DNA of 64,000 nt from Coniocarpon cinnabarinum (Eukaryota), in the NCBI GenBank assembly GCA_051942205.1, contig JAVECO010000038.1, forward strand, positions 62,001 through 126,000, given 5' to 3'. Of this stretch, positions 1-15,587 are shown one piece after another. A program made the translations under genes and the position numbers. Below the pieces are notes generated by a model. That model was not told the origin of the DNA, ran no database searches, and was given only the letters and a program-made list of their open reading frames with translations. Each line of letters opens with the position of its first letter. Position 1 is the first letter of the stretch.

Positions 1-520
1 CAATGCCTGGAATGTGGTTGCAGGAAAGAGAAGTGTCGCGATGGATGCGGAGGCATGTCTTCATGGATCAGCGGTCGATGTGCATGCGCGAGGTATTCAA
101 AGAAGCACCTGATCGTCATTGTGTGTCGAGACCAGATCCGAGCTGCTAAACAGCTGAAGCAAAAACTCGCAGCCGCTCAAGAACTCGGCCGGACTGAGAT
201 GTGGGAATTCTCGCACCACAACCATGCAGTTGACTATGGAGTTGTGCAAATTAGCATCAGCGCTGCGAGCACCGACCGATGATATACAGAAACTTTTGGC
301 AATAGAGAATTAAATGACATGTGACGGTGCCAGTTCGGGGTCGGGCCAAGCGTCTATCTAGTGTCCGCCTTCCGCGTCGCCAATTCCCGTGACCTGCCGT
401 TTACCAAGTCCTTTGCGTCTTCGACTTCATTACTCTCGGGCGTTCATTGCCATCGTCTCAACACCCCTCAAAGCCCGGGGAACATTTCACCGGATGTTGT
501 GACAGCCGACCATATGATCT

Positions 521-2553
521 ATGGCTCCCGCGAAGGAACAGAGCACCTTGAAACGAGCCCGTGTAAGCTGGTCCCTCGACTACATGCTTGTTCAACCAAC
601 TTACAGATGAAGGCTTCACAAGGTGAACAAGCCGTCGATACAAAGAAACCTCGCCGGTCGCAAAGACTCTCACAAGTGGGCGCAGAAGCGAAAACTCCAC
701 TCAAAAACTCTCAACTACCGTCTCCACTCACCCACAATGACTCCACAGCGACGACGCGCTCCAAGGATGGAACTGTGACACCTCCTGAGGGAAGGCCGAG
801 TCAGATTAGGCATCGGACTCCGCCCGGCTCCAGTCCAAGTGCACACTTAGGTCTGCTGTCACCAGGTGGCGGCGATACGCAGCCTTTCTCGCAGGTCGTA
901 AATCCAGCGGACGCGCTTTCTTCACAAGTCGGGGACGAAGAGGCTGAAGGCGTTTGGGGCTATTTGCTCCCCTTGGACGACAAATTTGGCCAGACGTTGG
1001 TGCTGAGAGAGCGCGCAGCTTGTCCACTACCGGAGACGAAGAAGGTACTGAAGCAGAAGCCAAGAAAGAACGCATCGAAGAGCAATTACGAGAAACAGGA
1101 GGAGGCTTATGAAGACCTCAAAATCAAAGGCATCTCGTCAGGGGGCTATCTGATTGGCAGACATCCAGAGTGCGATCGAGTGCTGAAAAACCCTCATGTA
1201 TCCAATCGACACTGTCTCATTTTCAAGGAGAACAAGGGGGGATATCCTACTGCTATAGTAGAAGATTTGTCAGGAAATGGTACGTTTGTGAATGAGGCAT
1301 TCGTGGGCCGCAACAAGCGGCGTGAGCTCAAAGATGGAGACGAACTCGCTATACTCGATGAAACGCGCTGTGTATTTAGGTACCCCCGTCACCGACAGAC
1401 CCATGGATTCAATCAACAGTACTCCGTTCAGGAGCAGCTGGGTAAAGGCCATTTTGCAACGGTATATCTGGCTGTTGAGAGATGCTCAGGCATGAAGTTT
1501 GCTGTGAAAAAATTCGAGAAGAGGACCGGTCCTGGTGAAAAATCTAAGGTCGAGGGATTACAGCAAGAAATCGCTGTGCTAATGGGCGTCAGTCATCCTA
1601 ATCTACTGTGTCTTAAGGATACTTTCGACGAAGATGACGGGGTTTACATTGTCTTGGAGCTTGCAACTGAAGGCGAGCTCTTCAACTGGATCGTTATGAA
1701 GGGCAAGCTATCAGAGCAAGAAACGCGACGCATATTCATTCAACTCTTCCAAGGCCTCAAATACTTGCACGAGCGTAACATTGTCCACCGTGACATCAAG
1801 CCCGAGAACATCCTCCTGGTCGACCAGCACCTGTCCATTAAGGTTGCCGACTTTGGGCTTGCTAAGATCATTGGTGAGGAATCATTTACGACAACTCTGT
1901 GCGGCACGCCAAGCTATGTTGCGCCCGAAATTCTCGAAAATTCCAATCACCGTCGATACACTCGCGCCGTGGACGTGTGGTCGCTGGGAGTTGTACTTTA
2001 CATATGTCTTTGTGGCTTTCCGCCATTCTCCGACGAGCTGTGCACTCCAGAGAACCCCTACAATCTGTCGCAGCAGATCAAGACGGCACGCTTCGACTAT
2101 CCGTCGCCATACTGGGATCCCGTCAGCGACCTCGCATTGGATTTGATCGACAGGATGCTCATGGTTGACGCAGAAAAGCGCCTCACCATCGACGAATGCT
2201 TGCAGCATCCATGGGTAACACAGCGCCAGCTTGATCCTGCAGACAGCACGGAGTCATTGACTGGTGCCATGCATCAGCTCGACTTCTCCAAACGCAAGCC
2301 GGTACGAGAGCGCACGTTGCTTAGCAGTCTCAACGATGTACACGTCACGCGCACAGTACCCGTACATGAAGACGGCGGTCCTAAACTCAAAATATTTGAG
2401 AAGAACCAAGCAGACAAGAAGCGGCTCAAAGAGGGCAGAAAGGACGACAAAGCTCGGCTGGCCAAGGGTGGTGATGCGGAGCAATTTGTGCAGATTGGAG
2501 ACGGCAACGACCCTCCAGTCTACAGCGACGAAGAGAGCAAATATCCTGGATAA
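521..2553 (+). CDS. chk2: Checkpoint Ser/Thr kinase with FHA domain (Chk2/Cds1/Dun1 family)
   Basis: FHA motifs (YLIGRHPECD, VSNRHC, EDLSGNGTFVN) precede a CAMK-type kinase (LGKGHFATV, HRDIKPEN, DFG, CGTPSYVAPE). Predicted exon 1 521-562 (MAPAKEQSTLKRAR), intron 563-606 (gtaagc...ttacag), exon 2 607-2553 in frame. Confidence 0.92.
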
Positions 2554-2866
2554 AGCGCAGCTCTCGTGACTTCGGCTTGTCACGCATTAGCGATCTAACG
2601 GCTGAAGGAGACGCCCTTTGCTCAGGCTACACGACTGGTGGCGCCATGGGTCGCGTTGACGTTGATCACAAAGATGGCGCTGCTTTTAGATATGAAGCAT
2701 GGATGCGATGTTTATATTTTCTGAGAGCTGCGCGTAAAGGCTCCGCGCTGTGTAACTATGCAATCTTGTCTTGTCTTGTAGAGTAGAGCAAAAGCAAGGC
2801 GCAGGAAACTTGCACGCTCTTTCTTTTAGGAGCCTCCAGCTACCTAGGAGCGTTGTACGAATGTAG

Positions 2867-4714
<1,848 letters not shown>

Positions 4715-7700
4715 AGATGCTGTCACTGCGCTCAACCTAAATGCCTCACTCACACGACTGGAGAGCTTTCCATTTTGCAACCAAAGCCCCTCTTCTGCTT
4801 CGCCCTTTCGAAATAGATTCGAATGACGAGTTTCGCAACTGATCATCAGATTCAAAGAATATGCGGAATGATAGAAGACCGCAACGAGGTTACCGTTATC
4901 CAATATTCTTGTAATCCGCCAGCCATCTTAAAAAAAGCGGCTCAAGCAAACCTTATTTTGATGTTCGCACTGTCGATAATGTTTGCAGCATCTGGAGCCA
5001 TTCAATCGTTCTCGCTGGCTGTGCGCAATCGACATTCTTTGTAAGTTAAAGGACGGATAGTGTCCTTGCTAGAGCCATGGGATGCAGATTGTGTTCAACG
5101 CGACTTTCGGCCCCCTGCTCTCACTTTCCAACCTCATTCAATGGAAGGCTCATACCCACAGGCAATCTAGCGGCCAGTTACCAGACAGTCAGGGCCACCG
5201 TGAGGTTTGTACGCTTCTCAGGACCAAACATCTTGCGTGAACTGCTTGCACAACTGCTTGACCATGTGTAACCGCGTTTCGTTGACCTTGATTGATGAAA
5301 AGCACGCAAATTATGTGACAAGCCCGGAATCAAGACATTAAGTAGCTAACCTATAGCAAGGGGACATTGTGATGTCTATGATCGAACGCAGCTTGTCAAA
5401 ATTGTATGCCAGGACGCAAGTTGAAAAATTCTATCCACATTGATTTGCGCCTTCATCAAATTTGTATTACTCAATTTGCTGCAGGTCCCTGCTCAGTCGA
5501 GTCTAAGCGCCTGCAAAGCAGTTAGACCTCCAAGGTAATCGTCAGTATTGACAGAAATCAACGGCTTGCAGTCGCGTGTTATTTACAGACATCATCAACT
5601 TTTGAAGATGTGAAACACCAACAGCCATTTACGCGGACAAGCGGAATCCTCAAGACCAGACGCGCCAACCTAGCTAAGGCTAATATTAAGAGATCAGTCG
5701 TTTCCCCGGTTTCTCAATAGACTGGGCATCTGCGAAACGTTGCTCACTTGTTCATTAGAACAATACAGGCACACTCCCGACGAGCAATCTGCTGAAAATG
5801 ATCGTCACCATCGTGCGTAAACGACAATACGCTACGCATTCGGTCGCATCAAGGAGAGCACTATTTCCGTCCCCTTAAAGTTGCAGAAACACTCTGAAGG
5901 CGCACACGCTGACTTGGGCATACATGGCTCGTGGCATTGCGTTCGTGAAGAGAGGCGAGCTAGTACCCTGCATGTAACGTAGTAATAATTCGAAAGGATT
6001 GTGATTGACAACAAGGACTGCATTAGAGCGACGTCGACTCTTGGATTAGGACGAGGCTGAGTCGTGCAGACGAAGCTTTTCACCTAAATTGGATGGCAGA
6101 TCATTTGGCTCCCTAACCATGCGCACTGCGGCAGACCGGCGCCGCCCATACGCTCACTGCGTAAGTTCCACCCAAAGAGGACAGTAATGCGGGAGACGGG
6201 GCCAAAGTCGCGGGTGCTTGTCTCGTCTAGCAGCAGCTCGTACGCTCTCTTCTCCTGCGCGCAACGGCTGCAGTCTTACAGACAAAGCACCTGCACAGAC
6301 AGACAATCTCCTTACAGATCGCATGGGCACTGCACAATGCGCTGTCACACAGCGCGATCACCAGCAAGTCCTGCGAGAAAAGCTGACGGGCGTTGAGCAC
6401 TAACTTGCCAGACGGCAAATCATTACTCGCTTCGAAACCGGGTGCTGGCATGATGACAGTCGAGCCCCACCTTGTGCATTTTGCGAGGAGAGCTTGTACG
6501 CGTGTCAGGCTGGCCTCGAAAACATGGTTTGGTTCCAGAACCGTGGCTAGAGGACTCCTCGTGTGAGAACAGCGTCATTGTCGAGTATGAAGCTTCTCGG
6601 CCAGTGGCAGGACGCGCCTGCCGACTCTGCGGTTCAACGCCAGCTTCACTCTATGACGAGTGCAGCCGGTCGCTATGAGATTGAAATTGGTTCCCTGTGG
6701 TGTTAGCCTGCATGCGTCTGGGACGGGTCGCGTTACCGAGACCATCGGATGGTTGGATAATGGAGTCTGACCACAGACAGTGCGAGAAAGACGGTCATGT
6801 GAACCAAAAGGGCCCCAAGGCACTAGGCACAGCGCGGATCCTTCCCGAGCATCACGCAGCAGAAAGAGGACAGCCCTCGGCATTTTCGAAGAAATATGCT
6901 CCACACGTCCAGGATGTCATTTCCTGCCGCATCGGTGGAAGTTGCCGACACGCCGGAGATAGGCTCGAGGGGTCTCGCCGGTCCGCTCGGCTTGAGAGGC
7001 GTAAGGCATGTACTGGCGTAGGGCGACTCTGTACGATGTGCGAGGAGGCCCTCGTCTGTCCACACGGCGAGTTGAGGCAGCGTGGGGCTAGTGCGTGGGC
7101 GCGCACAAGTGATCAACGACCGGGGCGAAAGACACCCCAGACACAACAACAGATCACTGATGGCAAGCCTGGTGATCGCACGGAGGAGCTGCTAGCCACC
7201 ACATGCCACGAGCCCATCGCGCTGGTGCACGGCAAGCTTGGACACAACATGCCCGCTCTTGGCTGCTGCTCACCCGCTCCACCTGACTCGACCTCCTCGC
7301 CTGCCTTCTGGATGGATCGCGAAGAAGTCTCGTCACTCGCGCCTATTTCGCTCTTTGTGGAGAAAAGAGTCGCAGATGCCGCCCTGCGCTGGATGCTTCC
7401 GTTCCTCCCTTCTGGCTCGGTCTTGAGAAAGCGCGAGAGCTGTTTCGGTGGATTGCGCTCGATGGTGGTGATTATGATCCAACCTCTCAAACTCAATACC
7501 GCGCCCTGCGTGACGGACCAGGACGCCATGGCGCAGCGGCCGGGTGAAGAGTTCGTTGGCTCAGCACCAAAGAGGTCAAAGCAACCGATGAGATCAGCAT
7601 CGGATGCGAACATCGGGCCTGTCAGGCAACGTGGTTGAGCACATGGCGATGAGGCAGTCTCGTAAACCCAGCAAGGCGATCGGCGCAGGCGTGTACCTGA

Positions 7701-8900
7701 GGTACCTGGAGGTGCTTGTTGCTCTCGGACTAGCAACCACAGCTCGCGAGCCACGTGCGACGCTTTGGACACAACGAGAAGCTCGACAACTAGCCCACGT
7801 TATCCCCCCTTGGTACGTGCGGACAGCAGCAGACGAACAGTGAACTGGCACCTCCGCATCACGTCTCCGAAGAAATGCCCCGCGTGCGCGCGCGAACCCG
7901 TCTTATGCATATGTCTGTCCAGCTATCTTTGCCTTATTGTGCTGACAATCTTGCGGCGTAAGACAGGGTCCGAGTGCCACCCCCAGGTAAAGTGCCGCTT
8001 GCATCTATTCATGTCCAGATGCGCGGTGCCTACACACGAAGGATTGGCCCAAAGGAGGCACAGGCTAGCAGCCGTGTCTTGTGGGCCTCGCAGATGGTCT
8101 TGGGTCGCACGCGCACAACGCCTGGAGCCATGCGCAAGAGATCAGCATTTCGCAGAGATGAAGCTGGCGTGACAGGTAGGTACAAGGAGGAGGTACTGCT
8201 GCATGCGACCTCGCCGGAGTGGAAAGAAGCCTAAGAGGGTAGTTATGGGGCGCAACGGCGAGCTGCAGGCGGAGGGAGGCGCTGGCCCGGCTGCACGATG
8301 ACCACGACGGCGGACGAGCAGCAGGACGTGGCGAGGCTCCCAGCTCCACACAGCTCGCGGTCGAGGAGGATTGGGACCAATCGCCCGCGGTGCCCGTGTG
8401 CATGACTGCCGGCAACCAACGCCTCTTGCGTGAGCGTCGTGCCGCAAGCCCACATGGCAATCCGAAGACAGCCGCGCTAGCGCACGCGGGACTCGATTCT
8501 TCCCGTCCCAACTCTCGCCCTCACTTGTCCTCTTGCAGCCCTCTCTCGCCCGGCCACCCATCTTCTTTTGCCCCTTCGAGGGACTTCCAGCGGCGCTGCG
8601 TGGGATCCTGCAGCCCGCGTCGCTGTCCGCAGCCACGACGGCGATCATGCCGGGAACCCACCACCAGCCCCTACATATCCGTCCTCATGGCCGCACTAAA
8701 CACCTCTCCCACCTTGCGTGTTTCTCCTGCACTGACCCAGCACCCGCGGATTGTCACCAGCAAGCAAAACGTGTCCTCTCAGCACCTGAGACATAACATC
8801 TTCGGCCGGCAGACGCACTGCACCGTTGCTTTAATTGCTCGCATGGTGCCACCCCTCGTCAGTGGTTGGCCACGTCGGTAGCTCGGAGCGACAGTGCTGT

Positions 8901-11900
8901 ATGGTGAGTGTTGCTAACATGCTCCTGCTATTGCTATAATGCGGAGTCATACTATGGGGCTGATCCTGAGCTGACATGCTGTGAAGGAGGTCTTCTCCGA
9001 TTCGTCACCTCCAAGACATGTCTTGACTGGCTTCTCGCGGGAGAAAAGCCCGTCGGCCATGTTCACTGGCTTCGTCCAGCCCGCGCCGGCGATGCACGAG
9101 ACGTCCTTCTTCATCGACTCCGATGCTGATGAAGACACCGCCAGCGATACTGGCGAGTCTTTCGATTACGAAACAGACGCATCGCCGGTGGAGAGTAGCG
9201 TCGAATCTGTGAGTGCTCGTCCGGTTGGCTTTAATGCATGTCTCGGGTCTTGCCTAGTGCTAACATGAGGCCATAGCTGTCTGGGCGCAGCCAGATTACT
9301 ACCTCACCGGCAGATCTGTTGACGCCCAACTCGCAGGCTGAAGACGCTTCACCTAATCTCATCTTTCGTCTCAAGTCTGTCAAGGGTCGCGAAGATCCTA
9401 GAGACGGTCACTTGTTCCGGGCCACGCTCGCGTCAACACAAGATTTCGATTGGCAGACCTATGAGCCCGACCTGGTAAAAGTCGGACAGCCGCCTGTTCC
9501 AGCCATACCGGCGCACTTCAAGCATGACCAGGTACAGGAGCCTGCGCAGGAGCTTGTACAGTCATTGCCTGCGCCAAACCAAAGCGAAAGCGACATCCTC
9601 GGTGCATTGCAGGGGAGCGCTGTCGACATCACTCACCATGATGATGGCAGCGATGTTGCAATGTGGACAACACAGCAGGTGGCTGCGTGGATGTACACGA
9701 CCGGCTTTGAGAACTCCATCATCATAACGTTCAAGACACATGACATTAACGGCTCCATTCTATTGGATCTCGGCTTTGAGGACCTCAGAGAGCTTGACAT
9801 CGCCTCGTTCGCCAAGCGACGTCAAATATGGAACGAGATCAACACGCTACGTGACGAAGGCTCTCGCGATCCCCTCACGGCTCATCGATCCAATCGCGAC
9901 CGCGGCTGCAGCTACGTACATCTCTTTTCGAATACGACGGAGCGCGTTCGGCGTCCAGCATTCGAGCGGAACCGCAGCTCCACCATCACTGGTTATCGAC
10001 GTCCGAATCGACTCACGCTTGAGCAATCCCGCGCGTTCCCGCATCAAACGCATCAGGTCCCTCGACCGCACCGATGCTCAAAAGGCGAAAGGTGTCCCAA
10101 GTGGAAGCAGCAGCAGCGCATCTTGGGTGAGATCGATGATGAACATGGTCCAGACACTCCACGTTCAGGTAGATTCGATTTCTCGTCGCCCTTGATCTCT
10201 CCTCGATTCTCACGACGCACGTCCCTTGCCACTACGCTTTCCACAGTCATGTTTGCTCCTCTGTCCGATGACAACGCCAGCACCCACAATCGGGAGCAGG
10301 ATCCAACACAAGCCACCGAAGACCAGTCAATCCCTCCTGTGCCGCCTCTACCTGCAGCGGTCCCTGCAGCCGACTGCCCGACTCTGAAACCAGCCACCCA
10401 CAGTCCAGACCCGTCCGACGCGGACCCAACCGTGTCTCAGCCTGCTATTGATACCCCTCACATTGTACAGCAATATACAGACTCTAGTAATTCTGCGACG
10501 ACTCCTACGCCTAATACCCGTCAATGGGACATCTTTCCAGCCCCTTGCGAGGACCGTCCGTCCCACCCTCCTCGCCAATCCAGCTTACCCGGACCACTCC
10601 CCAAACTTTCTATACCATCCTCACCTGTACATGGACCTGCCTCGGGTGAGACAACAATTCGCGACAAGCAACCAGACGCCACTGTGCACACAAATCCTGA
10701 TGAGCCAGAAAACCCCTACCTAAACGCCACGACCCCTGAGCTTGTCCCAGTGCCCTTGTTGTCAGCAAGATCCCCTGATCTCTTTCCACCCCCTCTATCT
10801 TCTTCATCGTCTTCACGCGCACAATCGCCATCACCAAACCTCAGCGTCGCAGTCAGACGACCTTCACCAGATCCTTCGTTAATAGTTCATCCCCTGCGAT
10901 CCCCATCCTCTGAACCGACGATACCATCGACATTTCCGTCTGTACCATTCAGGCAGATTCCTCAGCAGCCTGCGTTTTGTGGGCCTCCCTCGAGACGAGA
11001 CATACCTACCGCGGTGCCGCCGACGCATTTTCGGAAAGACTCTAGTGACACCTCTTTTACTGGGCTTCCAACCAGACCGGGTGCTCTGCGCGCAGCCGCC
11101 TCTTCTGATGCCTTGCCTCTCCGCCGTCAAGTCAAACCCCTACCCACACTCAAAGAGAGCAGTCTCGCTTCTCACAAGACAAAGCCAAGCTTCAGCAGCA
11201 AGCCTCTCCCCGAAACGCCGTCACTTTTCTTGTCTCCTCAGCGAAATCAGTCCGCGACCGCTATTCCTGCAGTGAATCGTGACGTCGCGCGATCAACTTC
11301 GCAAAATCCCCATAACGGGCCTTCGCATGGTTCTCGCAGCGTCTCGCCGCTCAACGTCGACATCATCAAGCCACCGCCGATGCCTTCGTCTGCTCCCATC
11401 GCTTATACCCCGCGAACGCCGAAAACACCCCGCTACTCGACCACGCCAACCACACCTGCCGTCCCATCAACGCCACGCGACGCGTCGCCCTCGCTCTCGC
11501 CCAGTGCATATGGACCTGACATCCTTCAAGTAGGTTGGGTCCGCTACCGTCGCGCCCGGCTGTGGCGCCACGAGTGGGCGCCTGTGCACCTGCGCCTCAC
11601 CAAGACCCAAGTCAGCCTCCATCCATCCGCTCGCCCCGACTCGAAGCCCTTTGAGGTGGTCAAGATGAACGAGTACGAGCTTGCGATGTCGCAGGAAAGC
11701 AATCCGAACCGCATCTCCTCCGCCTTGACACGTTGGCGCGGAGGTGGATCTCGCTACGGCACTTCTGGTGGCAGCCTCGATGACACGTTCACGTTCCAAA
11801 TTGTGCCCACGCAGGAGACAACGGACACCTTTCAGGGCGTGCGACATCCCGCGAGAAGGCCCAGCCAGGGTGAAAACCTCGTAGAGAGGGATTGGAATCA

Positions 11901-12174
11901 GCTTCCTGAGGGCAAGTCCAGTAGTGCTGGCAGCAAGGACGAGATGAACGCGCGCATGCTCAAGACCTATCATTTCGCGGTCAAGACAAGAGACGAGCGC
12001 ATCGAATGGATGCGGCAGCTCATGATGGCGAGGGAGACGATCGCAAAGACGGACCGGGAACGGAGACAGAGGGAGGAGATTGCCCGGACGGGCACCGATG
12101 CGACGAGACCTGTCACGAGAGAGGGACGTGCTGTGGATCACAGGAAGTCGATGGCGCGGCATGGGAGCTTTTAG
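8901..12174 (+). CDS. SAM- and PH-domain protein (Boi1/Pob1-related scaffold, no SH3 seen)
   Basis: SAM signature (WTTQQVAAWM...FKTHDINGSILLDL...LRELDI), long Pro/Ser-rich linker, C-terminal PH (GWVRYRR...HFAVKTRDERIEWMRQL). Intron 9209-9276 joins the 8981 ORF in frame. Start is tentative: ATG 8901-8903 followed by intron 8904-8986. Confidence 0.8.
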
Positions 12175-13800
12175 AGGCTCAAGATATTTGTAGGATACGA
12201 GCATGGCGAGATCATACGTACCGCGAAATCTTCGTGGACCATACATATACTCCCTGTCTTGGCTGCTTGCTGCTGCTGCTCCTTCGTCGTCATTGCGCTG
12301 CCACGAATCCTCTAGATCATCCCTGTAAGGGGCACCGTAAGTTGGGCATGAAGGTGACGTCGGTAGTTTCAAAGGCCATTTCATTTTACTAGCTAAAGTC
12401 TCTACCGTACTACAGCACTCGATGAGCCTTATGATCTTGTGAAGCACTCGAGCATATCACAGATCCATGCTAGACAACTAATAATGAAGACATAAGCAAT
12501 AGTAACTGCGCTAGCTACCTTCGTTGTCCTCCGAACAGCACTTTCAACAAATCTTTTGACTCATTTGGCCGAGAATGTCAATCAAGGCAATGCTAAGCAC
12601 GAGAAGGGCTGTGTTAGACGCGCTGAGGACTAGCCAAGTTGCTTCAACCCCAATGTACAGATTCGAGGTCTGATCATCGAGTCCATTATGGTTGCAACCC
12701 TAGAGCTTCTTTTACTTTCTGCAAAATTGCAAATGACACACCGACTTACAATTTGCGTCGTTGCCATATTGAACATGTGCAGAAGGCGTCGCAATAAAAT
12801 TTCGTTGATAAGCGACATGCTTATGGACACATCATCAGCGGCGCCATCTCCTCATGAATACGTCGGCTTCCATCCACTAAGACTGACGTTCATTGCATAC
12901 ATGGCAGTCTCCACGTTGTCAGTATCAGCAGTCTCGGGTCGAGGTGTCCAAATTATCCAGAGTCACGTGGCCGTCCCTCGTATTATAAGTCGACATTCAT
13001 CTGCATGTAACCGCACAGTAGCTCACAAGAAGGCTCAAGTGGTCAACACCTGAATCCAGCTTGGGACAGGTGATGATGAATACTTCGTTGCGGATGGACG
13101 GAGTATGCTATGATTCATATCGGCTGGTCTCAACCTCTGAATGGGAGTAAATCCCTGCAAAACTCAAGGTGACTCTAGCCAGGCCTTTGCCGATCTGCGT
13201 TGGCATCGTTGAAGATTCCTGGACAAGTGCGCTGTGGCCGGGCTCGTCTACATGTACAAAATCCATTACGATACGTCTGGTTAATTAACTGCTTCCTGGC
13301 TGCAACCTCTGGCTCAGTGGTCACAAAGTACAATGAGCACAGTCTAGAAAAGCTTTGGAGTGAAGTCGTGCCGGGTAACACAAGCAATTTCCTACGTGCT
13401 CACAACGATTCTAGACTGCGAGTGACTGGTGAGGAGACTTTCTCACTCGTCAACTTGCTACTTTTCTTTGCTTCAGAAATCGCACTCTTCTCACGTACTG
13501 GAGGCTTACAGGATGCATCGCTCACCTACATGTAGCTTACAAACATGGACAAACACTGTGTTGCCTCAGATCGAACCCCCCTAAGACGTGCACACTGTTC
13601 GCACGATAGACCTACGTCGCTTCCTGCCTGGTGCACTTGCATTCATCCTGCACCACTTCGACTCTGTCTTTCTTTGCCATGCCCCCTTCCTGCATTTTCG
13701 CACTTCCGAAGCCTGCACGTCCAAAGCTGCATAAAAACACCATCATTGTGAAGCGCGGATATTCTCATGCTGAGAGCAAGACAAGCGTTGATCAAACGCC

Positions 13801-14352
13801 ATGGCGCCTACCAACAGCTCAACACGCGAGCCTTCAGCTCACATTGTCATATCAAGCAGCTACCACTGCCCCTGCGCGACGGGTACATTTGACGACGCTA
13901 AAATTCCCTGTGCAGCATGCGACACGCATAATCCCTCATCTTCCGGCCTCCGCGCACGCAAGGTATCGTGTTCTTTCATCACTGAGGATCCCTCCCCTGG
14001 GAAGCGCCACTCACCGGAAGACCACTATCGTTCTGAAATGCAAAAGGTAACGAGGTCGCGTCTTCTGGAATCAACGTCGAGCTCGTTGGTAAGTCCAGAC
14101 TCTGATTCCGCGAAAGAATGCGAGGCACAGGTTGTTGCCTTGAGGAAGGCGCCGGTTCGTGTCGTCTCGAGAGAGAAGTCGATGAAAGAGAAGTTGCAGC
14201 GTAAAGACGAAATACACCGAAGAGCTCACAAGGAAATGGAGAATAAGGATCATAGCGAGAATTATTCTTCGAAGCGACGGGAGCGGAGGGCTAGTGAGGA
14301 GAACGCAAGAGCCTGGCGGAAGGGCAGGGATGATGGAAGGGTAGCTCGTTGA
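13801..14352 (+). CDS. Hypothetical small protein (CxC...CxxC, charged C-terminus)
   Basis: ATG-started 183-aa ORF in an otherwise empty intergenic space. No recognised domain. Confidence 0.3.
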   Translation: MAPTNSSTREPSAHIVISSSYHCPCATGTFDDAKIPCAACDTHNPSSSGLRARKVSCSFITEDPSPGKRHSPEDHYRSEMQKVTRSRLLESTSSSLVSPDSDSAKECEAQVVALRKAPVRVVSREKSMKEKLQRKDEIHRRAHKEMENKDHSENYSSKRRERRASEENARAWRKGRDDGRVAR

Positions 14353-15587
14353 TGCTTTAGGTTGCAATGATGCTTTGGACCACCCATGAGGTAAGCTTGG
14401 TAAGTCTCTGTCTTTGAAAAAGACTATCATGCTCGAGTTGAGCAATGCTGGAATCGTTACTTCGGCTTCTGCGCATTTGTTGCTCTTCCTTTGTGCTTCG
14501 TTCGTTGCTTTCTTCAAAAACATTGTGGTAAAGCACGAAATGTCCGAGTTCATTTGCTTGATTCTCTCTGTCTCAAGCTGAGGTGAAACATCATGCCTGA
14601 TACCCTTTCCGCGCCATTGCATTTCTCAGTCGTCCATCTTGACGCCTTCAACATTCGCACATTGACACAAGAATCTATTCATATATGTATCACGCTGTTT
14701 TCTAATCCTTGGCTTTCGCACCAACGTCGTAGCGATCTCGCTCGAGCGTCTACCTTGAAGGCCACGAACGCGCAGCTTCGAACGGTCGAGAAATCCCATC
14801 GTCAAGAAAGGGCCCAGCCGTAGGTACCATCCACCTCAGACTTCAGCATCTCGCGTCTCTGCACACGAACCTCTGTTTTCCAAAATATACTTCATGCGAC
14901 AGACATGTCACTTGAGGTCCTTGCAGTCAAAGTCCGCTGCATTTGCAAATCACCTCTGCTTGCGTCTTCAGATGCTACGTGACAGCCCGGCAGCGCCGAT
15001 AGAGCGCATTAGACGACGTGCACTCTTGAATCACGAGAAGGTTCCGAACTCTTTGATCTCGGAACGGAAGCGAGGTCCTATAACAGCAGCTAACGGTGCC
15101 AAGTAGTACAATACATCACCAACTTCTTGACTCTCGAATTTTGCTGTATCCAAAGTACAATATCGACCGTATCAAGCTATGTCCAAAGTTTGCTGTGCAA
15201 CAGCCTGTGTGAGGCAACCGTTCCATCGAAAATGCTGAGCAAGTGCCGAGTTATAGCTTGAGCGTGGGATATACAATGTTCTAGTCGCTGAAATGAAGTG
15301 ATGCCAAATAAAAGCAGGAGACTACTTCAGCGAGCGTTAGATTGGCGCGATTAGTGCATCACTGCTACATTGGCGTTGGGAATTGCTGCATCAGTGGCTG
15401 CGTATTCACGCTGCACGCACTCGCGTGTCGGATACTTGGAGAATAGTCAGTCAATGTACATGGACATGGGGTAGAAGTAGAAGATCCAGAGCGCGAACAA
15501 CAACATTGCGCAGGGTGGTGTCGAGAACAGGCGACACGAAGGCCTCATCCGCTCGGGTATCATCACCATCCCACATCTCACAGAATC

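Noticed and set aside
6697..7638. 313-aa ORF and overlapping ORFs
   Set aside because: GTG start, Arg/Cys/Pro-rich random-like composition, many overlapping frames and no domain. Typical of GC-rich non-coding DNA.
11467..12447. 326-aa minus-strand ORF
   Set aside because: Antisense shadow of the SAM/PH gene.
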